Shown: positions 17,628 to 27,691 of the stretch, in pieces
Numbering within the stretch: the first letter of the stretch is position 1
Layout: every line of letters starts with the position of its first letter
Virus record (IMG/VR): IMGVR_UViG_3300031418_000003
Reading direction: 5' to 3' (one strand)
Source of the DNA: a virus
Taxonomy: Duplodnaviria > Caudoviricetes
DNA: 64,000 nt
Program-made: the position numbers and the translations under genes
Notes under the pieces: generated by a model
The model's database searches: none
Seen by the model: only the letters and a program-made list of their open reading frames with translations
Told to the model about the DNA's origin: nothing

Positions 17628-18410
17628 TTAATATCCCCAGCCAATATATTCAGCCGTATTTGCTTGAGCCACAATAAGGTTATCGCTAGCTGTTGGAAAG
17701 TCACGCTGGATGTCTTTCATTCGCTGTGCGGTCTTATATTGTTTAATTTGCTCAACGTAGACGGCGCGTTCTTGTTCAACGATGGTGTTCAAATAGGTTC
17801 GGAATTCGCGAGCGGTTCGGACTTTGCCATTTGGCTTGACGAATAATCCACGATTGCCTTTTGAAATCTTGACAAGACGATTCATAGGGGTATTGCTATT
17901 GCTGTTGATCACCCTGACTGCCGTATCTAGCCCTAGAAAATGGGTCATGTACTGATCACCAAGTTTCACCTGGGATGCTGACAAATGAGTGCGCTCAACA
18001 AGAGATCGTTTAGAATCCAGTAAACTGGCGGCACCGATAAGTAGACTGGCGCGTGCATTCGTTCGCGATGCATTCGAGGCTATCCCAACTTTATTGTGGT
18101 AGGCCTTGCGGTCCGCTACCCAAGTACCTTTGGTATGTCCTAACATACCGGAGGCTGATGAGTGTGCATTTCGTGCACCCGATTTTAAATCTGATTCGAT
18201 ACTGGCGATAGCGGTGAGATCACCCATGTCCATGCCGGTAGTTTTGGATGCATAATAGAGATCGGCTTTAACCTTGTTAAAACGCTCCGACATTACTTTC
18301 TTTGTGTAGTCATTTGGGTTAGCCCCAACTGAAGCATGCGCAACGGAAAGACTTCCCATCAGTACCAGCACCATTGCCAGCATAATAGAAAGGATGTTTG
18401 TGGATTTCAT
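17628..18410 (-). CDS. Lytic transglycosylase (SLT/lysozyme-like) with a Sec signal peptide
   Basis: Signal peptide MKSTNILSIMLAMVLVLMGSLSVAHA; catalytic-type AIASIES, SSASG, YMTHFLG motifs as in phiKZ gp144-type transglycosylase domains. Confidence 0.8.
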   Translation of the reverse strand: MKSTNILSIMLAMVLVLMGSLSVAHASVGANPNDYTKKVMSERFNKVKADLYYASKTTGMDMGDLTAIASIESDLKSGARNAHSSASGMLGHTKGTWVADRKAYHNKVGIASNASRTNARASLLIGAASLLDSKRSLVERTHLSASQVKLGDQYMTHFLGLDTAVRVINSNSNTPMNRLVKISKGNRGLFVKPNGKVRTAREFRTYLNTIVEQERAVYVEQIKQYKTAQRMKDIQRDFPTASDNLIVAQANTAEYIGWGY

Positions 18411-18467
18411 TTTAGTACCTTTGGTTTAAAGTTTAGTGAAAAAGAATATTATTTTTCTTTTACATTT

Positions 18468-18486
18468 TGATAATATCTGCCTAAAA
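18468..18486 (-). promoter_or_regulatory. Putative phage early promoter (TTTTAGGCAGATATTATCA)
   Basis: Reference copy of the repeated motif; 58 nt upstream of the start at 18410. Confidence 0.7.
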
Positions 18487-18559
18487 AGATATACGTTGAT
18501 AATTTCTATACACCGGGGTTTAGCCGATATATGAATGCCGTGTTTAGCAAAGAATTAAA

Positions 18560-18589
18560 AGGTCCCCTAGAGTTTCCCCTAAGAGACCT
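18560..18589 (-). terminator. Intrinsic terminator
   Basis: Minus strand AGGTCTCTTAGGG-GAAA-CTCTAGGGGACCT followed by TTTAATTCTTT. Confidence 0.8.
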
Positions 18590-18604
18590 AATTTCTTTTT
18601 TGTT

Positions 18605-19216
18605 TTATGCTGCTACTGCACGACGATAAGTTGGTTTAACTTCAGCCGGTGCGGACTTGAACAGAGACTTGGTAGATTTAGAATCTTTGTGTTTCATGTC
18701 CAGAGTGATACCCAGGATCTGTGGTTTATCGTTGTCGTAGTTACCCACAGTGGAGAATTCTAAACAACGCGTTCCACGCGCATAATTCAGCTTTATCTCG
18801 ATCTCTACGAACTTAGGATAGTTAGGACCGAGTCCTTTGACACCCGTTGTTGTATGGATAACAGACCGACTTGGAATTTGCAGCGTTTGGTTAAGTCCCC
18901 AGTTGCCCGCATCAAGTTTCTCAATCTTGATGTGATGGTATACCCGGAACTGTTCCCAGTACCCTTCATGATGCATATGGAAAAGAATGTCGTCCAGATA
19001 GAAATGATCCAGATCGATCTCTTCGGTCACTGACAAATAGACATCTTTAGGTCGGCACAGTTCAACCAGGTTAGGAACTTTCCCTGGTTTTATATATCCA
19101 GACGAATAACCGCCGGCGGTGTAGTCAGGATCGATAATGTGCCAAACGTCATAAATGGCTGGATCTACAAACAGGTGACGTGATTCGGCTGCTGCGATAG
19201 GATAAAGTGCTTCCAT
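18605..19216 (-). CDS. Hypothetical protein (203 aa, start MEALYP)
   Basis: AAGGT RBS before ATG 19216. Confidence 0.75.
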   Translation of the reverse strand: MEALYPIAAAESRHLFVDPAIYDVWHIIDPDYTAGGYSSGYIKPGKVPNLVELCRPKDVYLSVTEEIDLDHFYLDDILFHMHHEGYWEQFRVYHHIKIEKLDAGNWGLNQTLQIPSRSVIHTTTGVKGLGPNYPKFVEIEIKLNYARGTRCLEFSTVGNYDNDKPQILGITLDMKHKDSKSTKSLFKSAPAEVKPTYRRAVAA

Positions 19217-19241
19217 TGTGGTACCTTTGAGTAAAGTAAAA

Positions 19242-19259
19242 AGGGGAGAACTCTCCCCT
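19242..19259 (-). terminator. Terminator after sbcC
   Basis: AGGGGAGA..TCTCCCCT inverted repeat with a T-tract on the minus strand. Confidence 0.7.
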
Positions 19260-19262
19260 AAA

Positions 19263-21752
19263 TTAACGAATGATGCTGTTTGTATTAACGTCAAATCCAA
19301 CACGAATACCTTCGGTGTTCAATGCAATCACGTTGGCTGTCATGTTACCGGCATACTCTTTATAAGCATGGCTGATCATAAAGGTTTGTGGTAATTTATC
19401 CAAACGTGACTGTTCTGCAATGTAGGCACCGAATCGACCCCTGTGTAGTTCATCAAATGCCACACCCACCTCATCCATCATCAGCGGTAACGGACAACGT
19501 TCACCTAAATAACGACGAAGAACCAGGCGGAAAGCAAAGTTGATGATCTCACGTTCCCCACCGGAACCCTCGCCAATGTCTTTACTGGTTTTATCGTTGT
19601 TACCAGAAAGCAGCGGGAAGTTATAGCTGAGATCGACATCATCGTCGGTCTTACTTGTTGAACAGTTTAATACAGACAATCGGTTGGTCCAAATTGGCTG
19701 GATAATCGCATTCACGTTAGCCACCACGGATTTCAGGAAATCGTTCATCAGATAGCCAATCAACCCTTTAACCGGTGACAGACCATCTAATAACAACTGC
19801 GTGTGTTTCTCACGGCGTTCCATATCGGCGATGTTATCTTTGATGGATTGAATAACAGAGTGCAGGGATTCAGCACGAATCAGGTTTGAGATCAGTTGTT
19901 CTTTACGCGGGGTCAGTTCGTTAATAACATCCTGAACCCGTAACTTAATCCGGTACTGTCCGTTTTGTTCCAGCTTCTGTGTTAACTCATCCATCAGAAT
20001 AGCTAAGCGATCTCGACGTTGTTCATCTTCCTTGATGACATCGATTTGTTCCTGTACTTCAGCCAACTTGTTTAAGATGCGACGAACAGAACGTTGGGTA
20101 GATGCCAACTCACGTTCAACATACTCCGCACGTTTAAAGAGTGTTTCCACATCTGAACTTTCCAGGAAGGTGATCTGTTTCTCAACCGTTTCCTTTTCTT
20201 CATCCAGTGCAGCGATCACACCAATAACACGGGTGTATTCCATGGTGTCTTCAACCAAACTTACCAGAACAGACGTGTCACGTTTGCCGATGTTGTAATT
20301 GCGAATCAGTGTGCTGTAGATATGGGGAATATCTGAGCTTTGAGAGAACCGCAACAGTTCCATCATGCTGTCATACCAACCTTGGTTATCGTTGATATAA
20401 TCCGTGTATTCTGCCATCTGTTTCTTCAATATAGCGACACGTTCATACAGGTCATTTCGGTGATTCTGAAGTTTAACAGGGTCCATCTCTGTAAAGCCAG
20501 GCTTAAATCGAGCTTCACATTTAGGACAATCAACAACATCCGCCCGGTTATAGTGCTCAAGCGTGTGGTCAATCTCATTGATTTTTCTTTTGAGATTATC
20601 AGACTCATGGGTTACTTCGACAAGCTTCTGTTGAGTACTCTTAAACTTGGCAGAGGTTACGTCCATATCCACTGCACGGGTTACACCCTGAATCTGGTAG
20701 ATAAAGTTCTGACCGCGGTTGACAAAGTGTTTGAAGTCTGCTTCGTCTTCAGGTTGCGGAACAAAGTCAGGGTTATTCTTGAACCGTTCAACGAAATAGT
20801 CATACCGGGTCTGTAACTCGTCACGTTGATGAAGCAAGTTAGCCAGCCGCATCTTGTAACTTTCCAAATTAGCCCCACTGCTATCTAATCCTGATAGCTG
20901 TGCAGCAAACTCAGTCAACATCGTAGAGAATTTGATCTCACGGTTCTTGTGGTAATCCAGCGTCCCCAACATCCCTTCTTTGCTTTGCAGCAAAACCGAC
21001 ATCGGTTGTTTTACCAATGTATCGTTACCCATTAAGAAAGAGATGACATTACCGATCTCGTCTTTAAGAGGATTCAGGTCGGTGTGAGAGATACGCTGCA
21101 GTTCACCGTGAATGATTAATGCGTTCTTAATTTGATCATCTAACTGTTTGATCTCTGACTGCAGCTTGTCTGACTCCAATGCTGCCAGTTGTGTTAGTCG
21201 TCCTTCTTCTACCACTAAACGTTGGCGTTGAGTCTTTAACCCACCTTTAAGCGCATTGTGACTTGCTTTAAGCTTATCAAACATCTTCAAGGCGTAACTG
21301 GTGTCGTTTGGATTGACCGCCATCAGGAGGTCTTTACGGCGTGCTGAGGACAGGGTGGTAAACAAATCCCTGACATCCAACCCTGTGATAAAGTTTTTGA
21401 TGTTTTGTGTAGCACCAAAATGAATCTTCACCAAGTCACGCTGCGCTAGTAACGTATTTCCTTCGTTCAGATTTTTACCGTTATGGTAGAAATGGTGTTC
21501 TGAACCTTTGCCCGTAGATGAGGTAAGACGATATGTGTCTTTCCCAATTACGAGATGGACTTCTTTATACCCGCCCGCTTCATAATCTGCGTTGTCAGGT
21601 GGAAACGGTGTAAGCTCTCGCAACAGCGAAGTTTTACCAAATCCGTTTCGACCAAGAATGATGTTGAACATACTTCTGGTGTCCAACTCTATGTAGGTAA
21701 CATTCTTTTTAAACAACGGGGTATAATTCTTTAGAATCAATTTTGTTATCAT
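19263..21752 (-). CDS. sbcC: SbcC/Rad50-like SMC ATPase
   Basis: Walker A GRNGFGKTS, coiled coils, zinc hook CPKC, signature GSGGE, Walker B LMMDE, H-loop ISH. Confidence 0.93.
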   Translation of the reverse strand: MITKLILKNYTPLFKKNVTYIELDTRSMFNIILGRNGFGKTSLLRELTPFPPDNADYEAGGYKEVHLVIGKDTYRLTSSTGKGSEHHFYHNGKNLNEGNTLLAQRDLVKIHFGATQNIKNFITGLDVRDLFTTLSSARRKDLLMAVNPNDTSYALKMFDKLKASHNALKGGLKTQRQRLVVEEGRLTQLAALESDKLQSEIKQLDDQIKNALIIHGELQRISHTDLNPLKDEIGNVISFLMGNDTLVKQPMSVLLQSKEGMLGTLDYHKNREIKFSTMLTEFAAQLSGLDSSGANLESYKMRLANLLHQRDELQTRYDYFVERFKNNPDFVPQPEDEADFKHFVNRGQNFIYQIQGVTRAVDMDVTSAKFKSTQQKLVEVTHESDNLKRKINEIDHTLEHYNRADVVDCPKCEARFKPGFTEMDPVKLQNHRNDLYERVAILKKQMAEYTDYINDNQGWYDSMMELLRFSQSSDIPHIYSTLIRNYNIGKRDTSVLVSLVEDTMEYTRVIGVIAALDEEKETVEKQITFLESSDVETLFKRAEYVERELASTQRSVRRILNKLAEVQEQIDVIKEDEQRRDRLAILMDELTQKLEQNGQYRIKLRVQDVINELTPRKEQLISNLIRAESLHSVIQSIKDNIADMERREKHTQLLLDGLSPVKGLIGYLMNDFLKSVVANVNAIIQPIWTNRLSVLNCSTSKTDDDVDLSYNFPLLSGNNDKTSKDIGEGSGGEREIINFAFRLVLRRYLGERCPLPLMMDEVGVAFDELHRGRFGAYIAEQSRLDKLPQTFMISHAYKEYAGNMTANVIALNTEGIRVGFDVNTNSIIR

Positions 21753-21772
21753 AATACCCTCTAAGGTTTAAT

Positions 21773-22756
21773 ATGAATATTCTTGAATGCTACGGTGTCG
21801 GCACTGTCACAATGGACAAAGATGTCAACACTAATGAAATACAGGTGAACATTAAGTCACTGTTCCCGGAAGCTGATGGTGCAACTGAGACCGCCATCGA
21901 TCAACAAACAGTCACCACGCAATCTCCCACAGGTGATACTAAGTCCAGTACTACTTTACAGGGAAATACAGTATCCGCAGTATGGATGCCAGTAAACACC
22001 AACCGTATTACTTCACCGGATGTACGGGTGGGGAGTAAAGTTGTTGTTTACAAATTCCAAGGACAAAATACCTTCCGCTGGACTTATTTCGGTATGGACG
22101 GTACGTTGCGCCTTGAAACGATAATCTGGGCATTCTCCGCTTCTCCGAATGTGAATGAGAATTCACCGCTTAATTCTGATAACTATTACATGCTGTTGCT
22201 GAGTACGCATCAGAAGAAAATACAGCTGATAACGGGCCAAGGTAACGGCGAACCTACTAACTATGTTATTGAACTGAATACCGGTACTGGTCAGTTCAGT
22301 ATTGTGGATGGTGAAGATAACATTATTTCACTAAACTCTATGGAACACTCTTTCTCCTATTCAAACCAGGAGAAATCGTTCATCAATATCCAGAAGAAAA
22401 ATATCGCTCTGTCTTGCGAAGATCAGCTGATATTGAAAGCTACCAACAAGATTTTGATGCAGTGTAAAGAGCTATCGCTAAAAGCAGAAAACTCTATCAA
22501 TGTGGAAACAAAAACCACCAACTGGAAGTCACCTAAGTTTAATCTCGAAGGTGATGTTATCCATAAAGGTAATTACGATCAAACAGGTAATTATACCATG
22601 AAAGGCGAATCTAACTTTACAGGTGGGTTCACGCAGTCTGGTGGTAAAGGTAGTGCATCTGGTGGTTGGACCATTGACGGTGTTAGTTATGGTGGTCATA
22701 CTCATACTAACGGCAATGACGGTAAACCTACTGGTACTGTCATCGGTATCAAATAA
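21773..22756 (+). CDS. Baseplate central spike (gpV/gp5-like)
   Basis: N-terminal OB-like region, beta-helix-like Gly/Thr repeats, terminal HxH metal-binding motif GGHTHTNG. Confidence 0.8.
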   Translation: MNILECYGVGTVTMDKDVNTNEIQVNIKSLFPEADGATETAIDQQTVTTQSPTGDTKSSTTLQGNTVSAVWMPVNTNRITSPDVRVGSKVVVYKFQGQNTFRWTYFGMDGTLRLETIIWAFSASPNVNENSPLNSDNYYMLLLSTHQKKIQLITGQGNGEPTNYVIELNTGTGQFSIVDGEDNIISLNSMEHSFSYSNQEKSFINIQKKNIALSCEDQLILKATNKILMQCKELSLKAENSINVETKTTNWKSPKFNLEGDVIHKGNYDQTGNYTMKGESNFTGGFTQSGGKGSASGGWTIDGVSYGGHTHTNGNDGKPTGTVIGIK

Positions 22757-22765
22757 CAAACATAA

Positions 22766-22795
22766 CTCCTACTTCCCCAAATGGGGAAGTAGGAG
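22766..22795. terminator. Bidirectional terminator between convergent genes
   Basis: CTCCTACTTCCCCA-AA-TGGGGAAGTAGGAG, 14-bp perfect stem. Confidence 0.85.
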
Positions 22796-22803
22796 AGTAT
22801 GGT

Positions 22804-25800
22804 TTAGCTAACGAAAGTTGGTTTTGGTTTAGTCCACGCGGTGGCGTCTTTATCAAACTCAGTGTGTGATTTAACCCCACTGACATCCCAACCAGAAAGA
22901 TCTTGGTTAAAGGCAATAGCTTGATTGAACATCCCGTTCATGGTTGTAGCCAGAGAAACATCCCACGTACTGATATCCACATTGAAGATATTTGTTTGTG
23001 CAAACGTTCCATCGAAGTTACCGCCGAACGATACATCCCAACCACTAACATCTGCATTGAAGTTAGTACATCCACGGAACAGATCGCCAAAGTTACTGAC
23101 GTTCTTGACATCCCAGGTTTCGACGCCTTCACCCAAGAAGAAGGTGGCGGATTCGAACATGGAGTCGAGAGTGATGCCGGCAACTGCTGAGAAGACCCAA
23201 CCTTTAACTGAGCTGGCAAATACGGAATCCCTGAACATTTCATAGAAGTTAACACAACTGGTGAACTTCATGTCTTCCATGTCCATGTTGTATTTTGCTG
23301 CACCTTTGAACATGCGATCAGTCTGAAGAACCTTACTCACATCCCACGTACTGATGTCTTGATTAAAGTTCAATGAATTTTGGAACATGCTTGAGAGAAT
23401 GGCATTGTTACCAAACGACCACCCTACCAGAGGCGCATTATATCCCGACAAACTGAACATATGTGACATATCAGTAACGTTACTGGTGTCCCAGTTACTT
23501 AATGACCCTGATCCATCCGCACCGAACAACGTGGTGTTGTAGAACATCTCAAACATAGTGGTAACGTTACCGACAGACCACGCTCCCAGATTACGCGAAA
23601 AATTCACCGCACCTGAGAAGGTTCCTGACATATCCGTTACCCCTGATACATCCCACGTCGCTAAGTTTGCATTGAACACAATTGCGTTAGCAAACATCCG
23701 CTTCAGGAACTGCGCCCCGGTCATCACCCACTTGCCGATGTCAATGTTAAATGCGGACGCATTCTCAAACATCGAAGTAAAGTTGTTGCCGGACTGCGTG
23801 TTCCATTTGCTCACGTTACCGTTAAATGCTGCAGCGTTCATGAACATCTGTGAGAAGTCCGTAACACGGATAGTATCCCAGGTACTCAAATCCTGGTTAA
23901 AGAGACTACACCCATAGAACATGTTTCTCATGCTACGACAGTTGGTGGTTTTCCACGTTCCCATTGGTTGATTGTATTTCGCACAACCGGAGAAAGCTTC
24001 GGCCAGGGTCGTAGCAGAACTGGTGTTCCAGGCTGACAAGTTCTGGTTAAAGTTAACCGCCCCTTTAAAGATGCCGGTAAAGTCCGTTACCCCTGATACA
24101 TCCCATGCATCCAGTCCTGGGTAGCTTGCCGCCGTAGCATTGGTAAACATCCCCGCCAGTGACGTAAAGCGCTTAGGAAGCGTTGCAGAGATCGTGAAGC
24201 CAGCTGAGCCGGCAAAGCTCAATGTGACAACACTGTTACCGATCTGTTTCAGGTTATTTAACCCAGTACCCCATACCAGAGATGTGATACCCGAAATAGA
24301 TACATCCACAATTCCAGTAAAGCTCGCTGGAATAGTAAAGGTTCCACTTCCGGTATAGGTCTGAGTTGCACCGTTAACCGCCACCGTGACATTGGTTCCT
24401 GGTCCAACCGGCACATTTCGACTAACAGCGGTATCCCACGACATGATCGTTGGTTTGGCTGTTAAGAAGAACCGGTTAATCGGATTACCTGAACCGTACA
24501 CACCCATAAAGGCAGGGAAGGATGACCCGTACCCGTAGAAGTTCATACGCTTACCATCAACCACTGGTAACAGATCATTACGCCAACCCACTGGGTCATA
24601 GTGATAGAAGATCTGATCTTTCAGGAAACCACAAGGAACGATACCTGCGTTAGGTTCGGTCTCATAGCCCGCTGGATTATACTTCTTCCCGTACAACACT
24701 GCACCATCAGAAGTCGTGCTGCTACCAGAAGAGGTTGCCTCAAACAGTTTGATGAACAATTCATCATTCCCTTTAAAGAGATCCGCACTGGCGTTGATTG
24801 GGGCTTTCACGTAGATGTTGGAGCCACCAACGGTTATCACCGCACCCACCGGGTAAATAGGCGTACCCTTGATGCTGTTCATCAACCCACCATTCACCAC
24901 CACTGTTCCAATCGATGGAGAATAAAGCGCGTACTGGCCAGGGGTCTTGCGGAAACTCCACATCGACTTCTTCAGCATCACAGGCGTCTGGTAGTTAATG
25001 TGGAACTGATGCGGGGTCTTCTTCCCGTACAGAGTAATGGCGTCGTAATCAACTGCAAAGCCATTGGTGGTACTGTAAGGGAATACCGGATCAACTGCAT
25101 TGGCCTTTGGTGCAATCGTGACCGTGTTGGCAACCGTATCCAAACCAATCTCAAACTCGAAATAGAAGTTGTTGAACGGTGCTAAATTCAGCATTGCCTG
25201 ATAGGTGTTCTTGTTTCCCGTTTTGTTCATCAGCATGAGATAAACATCGGTCGCTTTAAACTCGTCCCACCCCACGACATCTTGGTTATCGACATTCAGG
25301 CTAGCAGTCTTGTTGACTTTTAATGGGAACGCTTCACCACTGGTTGCGACATCCCCGTTAATCTTCACCGTTCTGACATCACCCTGTACATCGATGTACG
25401 CATTCTTAATATAACCAAAATACGCATCTGTACCGTCAGCTTTGACTTCCTTGGCTGACAGGGTTTGAGAAACCCAGAACACCACACCTTTGAAGTAGAA
25501 GAACTGACGGTGGTTCTGTACCCATCCACCGCCGTTGCCCGCCACGTAGTTAGTGATGACATCATCCAGCGTGGTGGGATCCAGGAACTGTAACGGCGCA
25601 TCTGTATTGTTAAGGCTATACGCATAGCGACCATATCCCTTGAATCCGTTCTGGTTGTTGAAGACCAGGCAGGTGTTTTCAAAGTTTGTGGCACTGGCGT
25701 CATTACTAATAACAAATGACGGAACAGTTATCGCAGTATCGTCAATCCAGGTCGTACCCACACGCCACGGTCCGTGATGATGTCCAGTTGGCGTTAACAG

Positions 25801-27648
25801 TTCGGGAACAGTATCCAATTCAACAGTAGCAACCGCCCAACGATATGCATGAGTCCAGTCTCGCGTCAACGTCAAGTAGTCAATGGTGTTACCGGTTACA
25901 TTCAACGGAATATGGCGAAGATGATCCCCGTACAGTCCGTCTTGGTTAATGTTGGAGACTTGCGAATACTGATACTTCACCAACACTGGTTCAACGTTAT
26001 CCCCGTTGGCAATCCAGTTTTCAACACTCGCTACATTGTGCTGGTAGTATCCAACATACTGGCGATTGTAGAAACTGTAGGTCTTGACGTGACCACCTTG
26101 CGAATCGAAGATTCCATCGAACACCACTGGGTGGAAAATGTTATCCTTGGTGGTTCCACCGTAGCGCACAAACCGACCGACTTTATCCAGTTCCAAGTTG
26201 TCGTTCAACTTCTGGATATTGTCAGTGACGTTACGCAGCGGGGCAACATTAATACTCACCGCTTTGGTGGTGTCGTTCTCTGTCATCAAGAAAGACAGGT
26301 CCATGTAATAGTTATTGTAATAACTCTTATCTTTGGTCCAGAAACCCAATGGGATACGTAAGGCAAAATCACCTTTCAAACGGTTACGCCAGGTAAACGC
26401 CACTTTACTGACACGGTCAGCATTAAACCCGTCTGCCAGATCAGTCAGCTGGGCATCGGTGTAACTCAGGATGTCACGCAGTTTGATACAGATGGCGTCA
26501 GCTTTACCCGTCCGTTTCAAGATCTTAACTTTATTGGTTCCCGAAACAGTGAAGTTCAGAGTTGAATAAAGGTCTTTAATGGTGGCAGTGGTTTCTGCTC
26601 GGTTACCCGGTCCGTTCTTGGCATCAATTCCCGTGTCAGTGAAGCTGTACACGCCCAACTCGATTAACAGGTATAAATCCTTACCTGTTCCTTCTAAGTC
26701 GCTGTAGGTACCTGTGGTGATGATGTTGTACACATACTTCTCACGGGCTTCAACGATTCCTTTCCAGTTATTGGTCCAGGCGCCGTTATTCGACAGTACA
26801 TCAAACGGTAACCGATAACGGTTATATCCACGTACCCCAACCAGATTACTTTCAACGTAACCCACTGAGTGTTTATCAAACAAATGACTTGAACCTTTAA
26901 CCAGGATGTTCTCCGGTTCAAAGTTACTCTCCCCACGAAGATGGGAAGGACGTGAACGTCGCACATCAATATTTTTATTATAGATGCGCACATTGGTCCC
27001 GCCGAACTGGGTGGTAGCACGCTTAGCCCTGCCGGCATCGGCGGTAACCTGGGTCAGGACATCACTACCGTTCATAGAAGGCAGAATAAATGTACCGCTG
27101 TCAGACCGGAATTGCCAAGGGGTTTCGCCCAAGTAGTAAAGGGGGTCTTTAAATGACTGGATGACTTCGCCTTCGCGCCAATCAAACGGCCACTGCGGAA
27201 CAGCACCCAATGTACCGCCCGAGGCAACGGGCAATAATCGCCCTCTGACGTATTTGCTTGGATCGATGGTTAAGCGGGATTCAATCATCCCTTTCAAACC
27301 AACGGGATTGGCATACACATCTTTCAGTAAACCATCGATGTGTTCTGCCAGGGTCCCCATACGCCAGTTATCAACCAATCCCAATCCTACCGTTTCACGG
27401 GTTTCGCCGTGAACTGCGCCGCGTTTACTGGTGTGAGCTAACAGCGCCGTATCCATATCGGCGACGTACTGATTTAACAGGTCTTCGATGTGGGCTGTGG
27501 CTTGGTCAACTTTTTCCTGTATCTCTGTAATCTCACCGCGATTATTAATACGAGCATTATGAATGCCGATCAACGCGTTCAATACAGAACCCAGGAAATC
27601 CTCACGTTCATCCGGATTCGGTAAGGGCTTACTCGGATCTACATACAT
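22804..27648 (-). CDS. Tail fibre / receptor-binding protein (1614 aa) with a C-terminal BspA/DUF285 repeat domain
   Basis: N-terminal HGETRETVGLGLVDN fibre motif shared with its neighbours; C-terminal 25-aa FNQDLSxWDVSxVTxMxxMF repeats. Confidence 0.85.
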   Translation of the reverse strand: MYVDPSKPLPNPDEREDFLGSVLNALIGIHNARINNRGEITEIQEKVDQATAHIEDLLNQYVADMDTALLAHTSKRGAVHGETRETVGLGLVDNWRMGTLAEHIDGLLKDVYANPVGLKGMIESRLTIDPSKYVRGRLLPVASGGTLGAVPQWPFDWREGEVIQSFKDPLYYLGETPWQFRSDSGTFILPSMNGSDVLTQVTADAGRAKRATTQFGGTNVRIYNKNIDVRRSRPSHLRGESNFEPENILVKGSSHLFDKHSVGYVESNLVGVRGYNRYRLPFDVLSNNGAWTNNWKGIVEAREKYVYNIITTGTYSDLEGTGKDLYLLIELGVYSFTDTGIDAKNGPGNRAETTATIKDLYSTLNFTVSGTNKVKILKRTGKADAICIKLRDILSYTDAQLTDLADGFNADRVSKVAFTWRNRLKGDFALRIPLGFWTKDKSYYNNYYMDLSFLMTENDTTKAVSINVAPLRNVTDNIQKLNDNLELDKVGRFVRYGGTTKDNIFHPVVFDGIFDSQGGHVKTYSFYNRQYVGYYQHNVASVENWIANGDNVEPVLVKYQYSQVSNINQDGLYGDHLRHIPLNVTGNTIDYLTLTRDWTHAYRWAVATVELDTVPELLTPTGHHHGPWRVGTTWIDDTAITVPSFVISNDASATNFENTCLVFNNQNGFKGYGRYAYSLNNTDAPLQFLDPTTLDDVITNYVAGNGGGWVQNHRQFFYFKGVVFWVSQTLSAKEVKADGTDAYFGYIKNAYIDVQGDVRTVKINGDVATSGEAFPLKVNKTASLNVDNQDVVGWDEFKATDVYLMLMNKTGNKNTYQAMLNLAPFNNFYFEFEIGLDTVANTVTIAPKANAVDPVFPYSTTNGFAVDYDAITLYGKKTPHQFHINYQTPVMLKKSMWSFRKTPGQYALYSPSIGTVVVNGGLMNSIKGTPIYPVGAVITVGGSNIYVKAPINASADLFKGNDELFIKLFEATSSGSSTTSDGAVLYGKKYNPAGYETEPNAGIVPCGFLKDQIFYHYDPVGWRNDLLPVVDGKRMNFYGYGSSFPAFMGVYGSGNPINRFFLTAKPTIMSWDTAVSRNVPVGPGTNVTVAVNGATQTYTGSGTFTIPASFTGIVDVSISGITSLVWGTGLNNLKQIGNSVVTLSFAGSAGFTISATLPKRFTSLAGMFTNATAASYPGLDAWDVSGVTDFTGIFKGAVNFNQNLSAWNTSSATTLAEAFSGCAKYNQPMGTWKTTNCRSMRNMFYGCSLFNQDLSTWDTIRVTDFSQMFMNAAAFNGNVSKWNTQSGNNFTSMFENASAFNIDIGKWVMTGAQFLKRMFANAIVFNANLATWDVSGVTDMSGTFSGAVNFSRNLGAWSVGNVTTMFEMFYNTTLFGADGSGSLSNWDTSNVTDMSHMFSLSGYNAPLVGWSFGNNAILSSMFQNSLNFNQDISTWDVSKVLQTDRMFKGAAKYNMDMEDMKFTSCVNFYEMFRDSVFASSVKGWVFSAVAGITLDSMFESATFFLGEGVETWDVKNVSNFGDLFRGCTNFNADVSGWDVSFGGNFDGTFAQTNIFNVDISTWDVSLATTMNGMFNQAIAFNQDLSGWDVSGVKSHTEFDKDATAWTKPKPTFVS
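22807..24180 (-). repeat. About 17 tandem ~25-aa BspA/DUF285-type leucine-rich repeats
   Basis: Counted by the conserved Trp position (one copy has Met). An exact 23-nt DNA duplicate at 23633-23655 and 24083-24105 is 450 nt apart, equal to 6 repeats. Confidence 0.9.
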
Positions 27649-27666
27649 GAACTACTCCTGAAAATA

Positions 27667-27687
27667 AAGGGGAGAATTTCTCCCCTT
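27667..27687. terminator. Terminator hairpin
   Basis: AAGGGGAGAA-T-TTCTCCCCTT. Confidence 0.7.
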
Positions 27688-27691
27688 CTTA

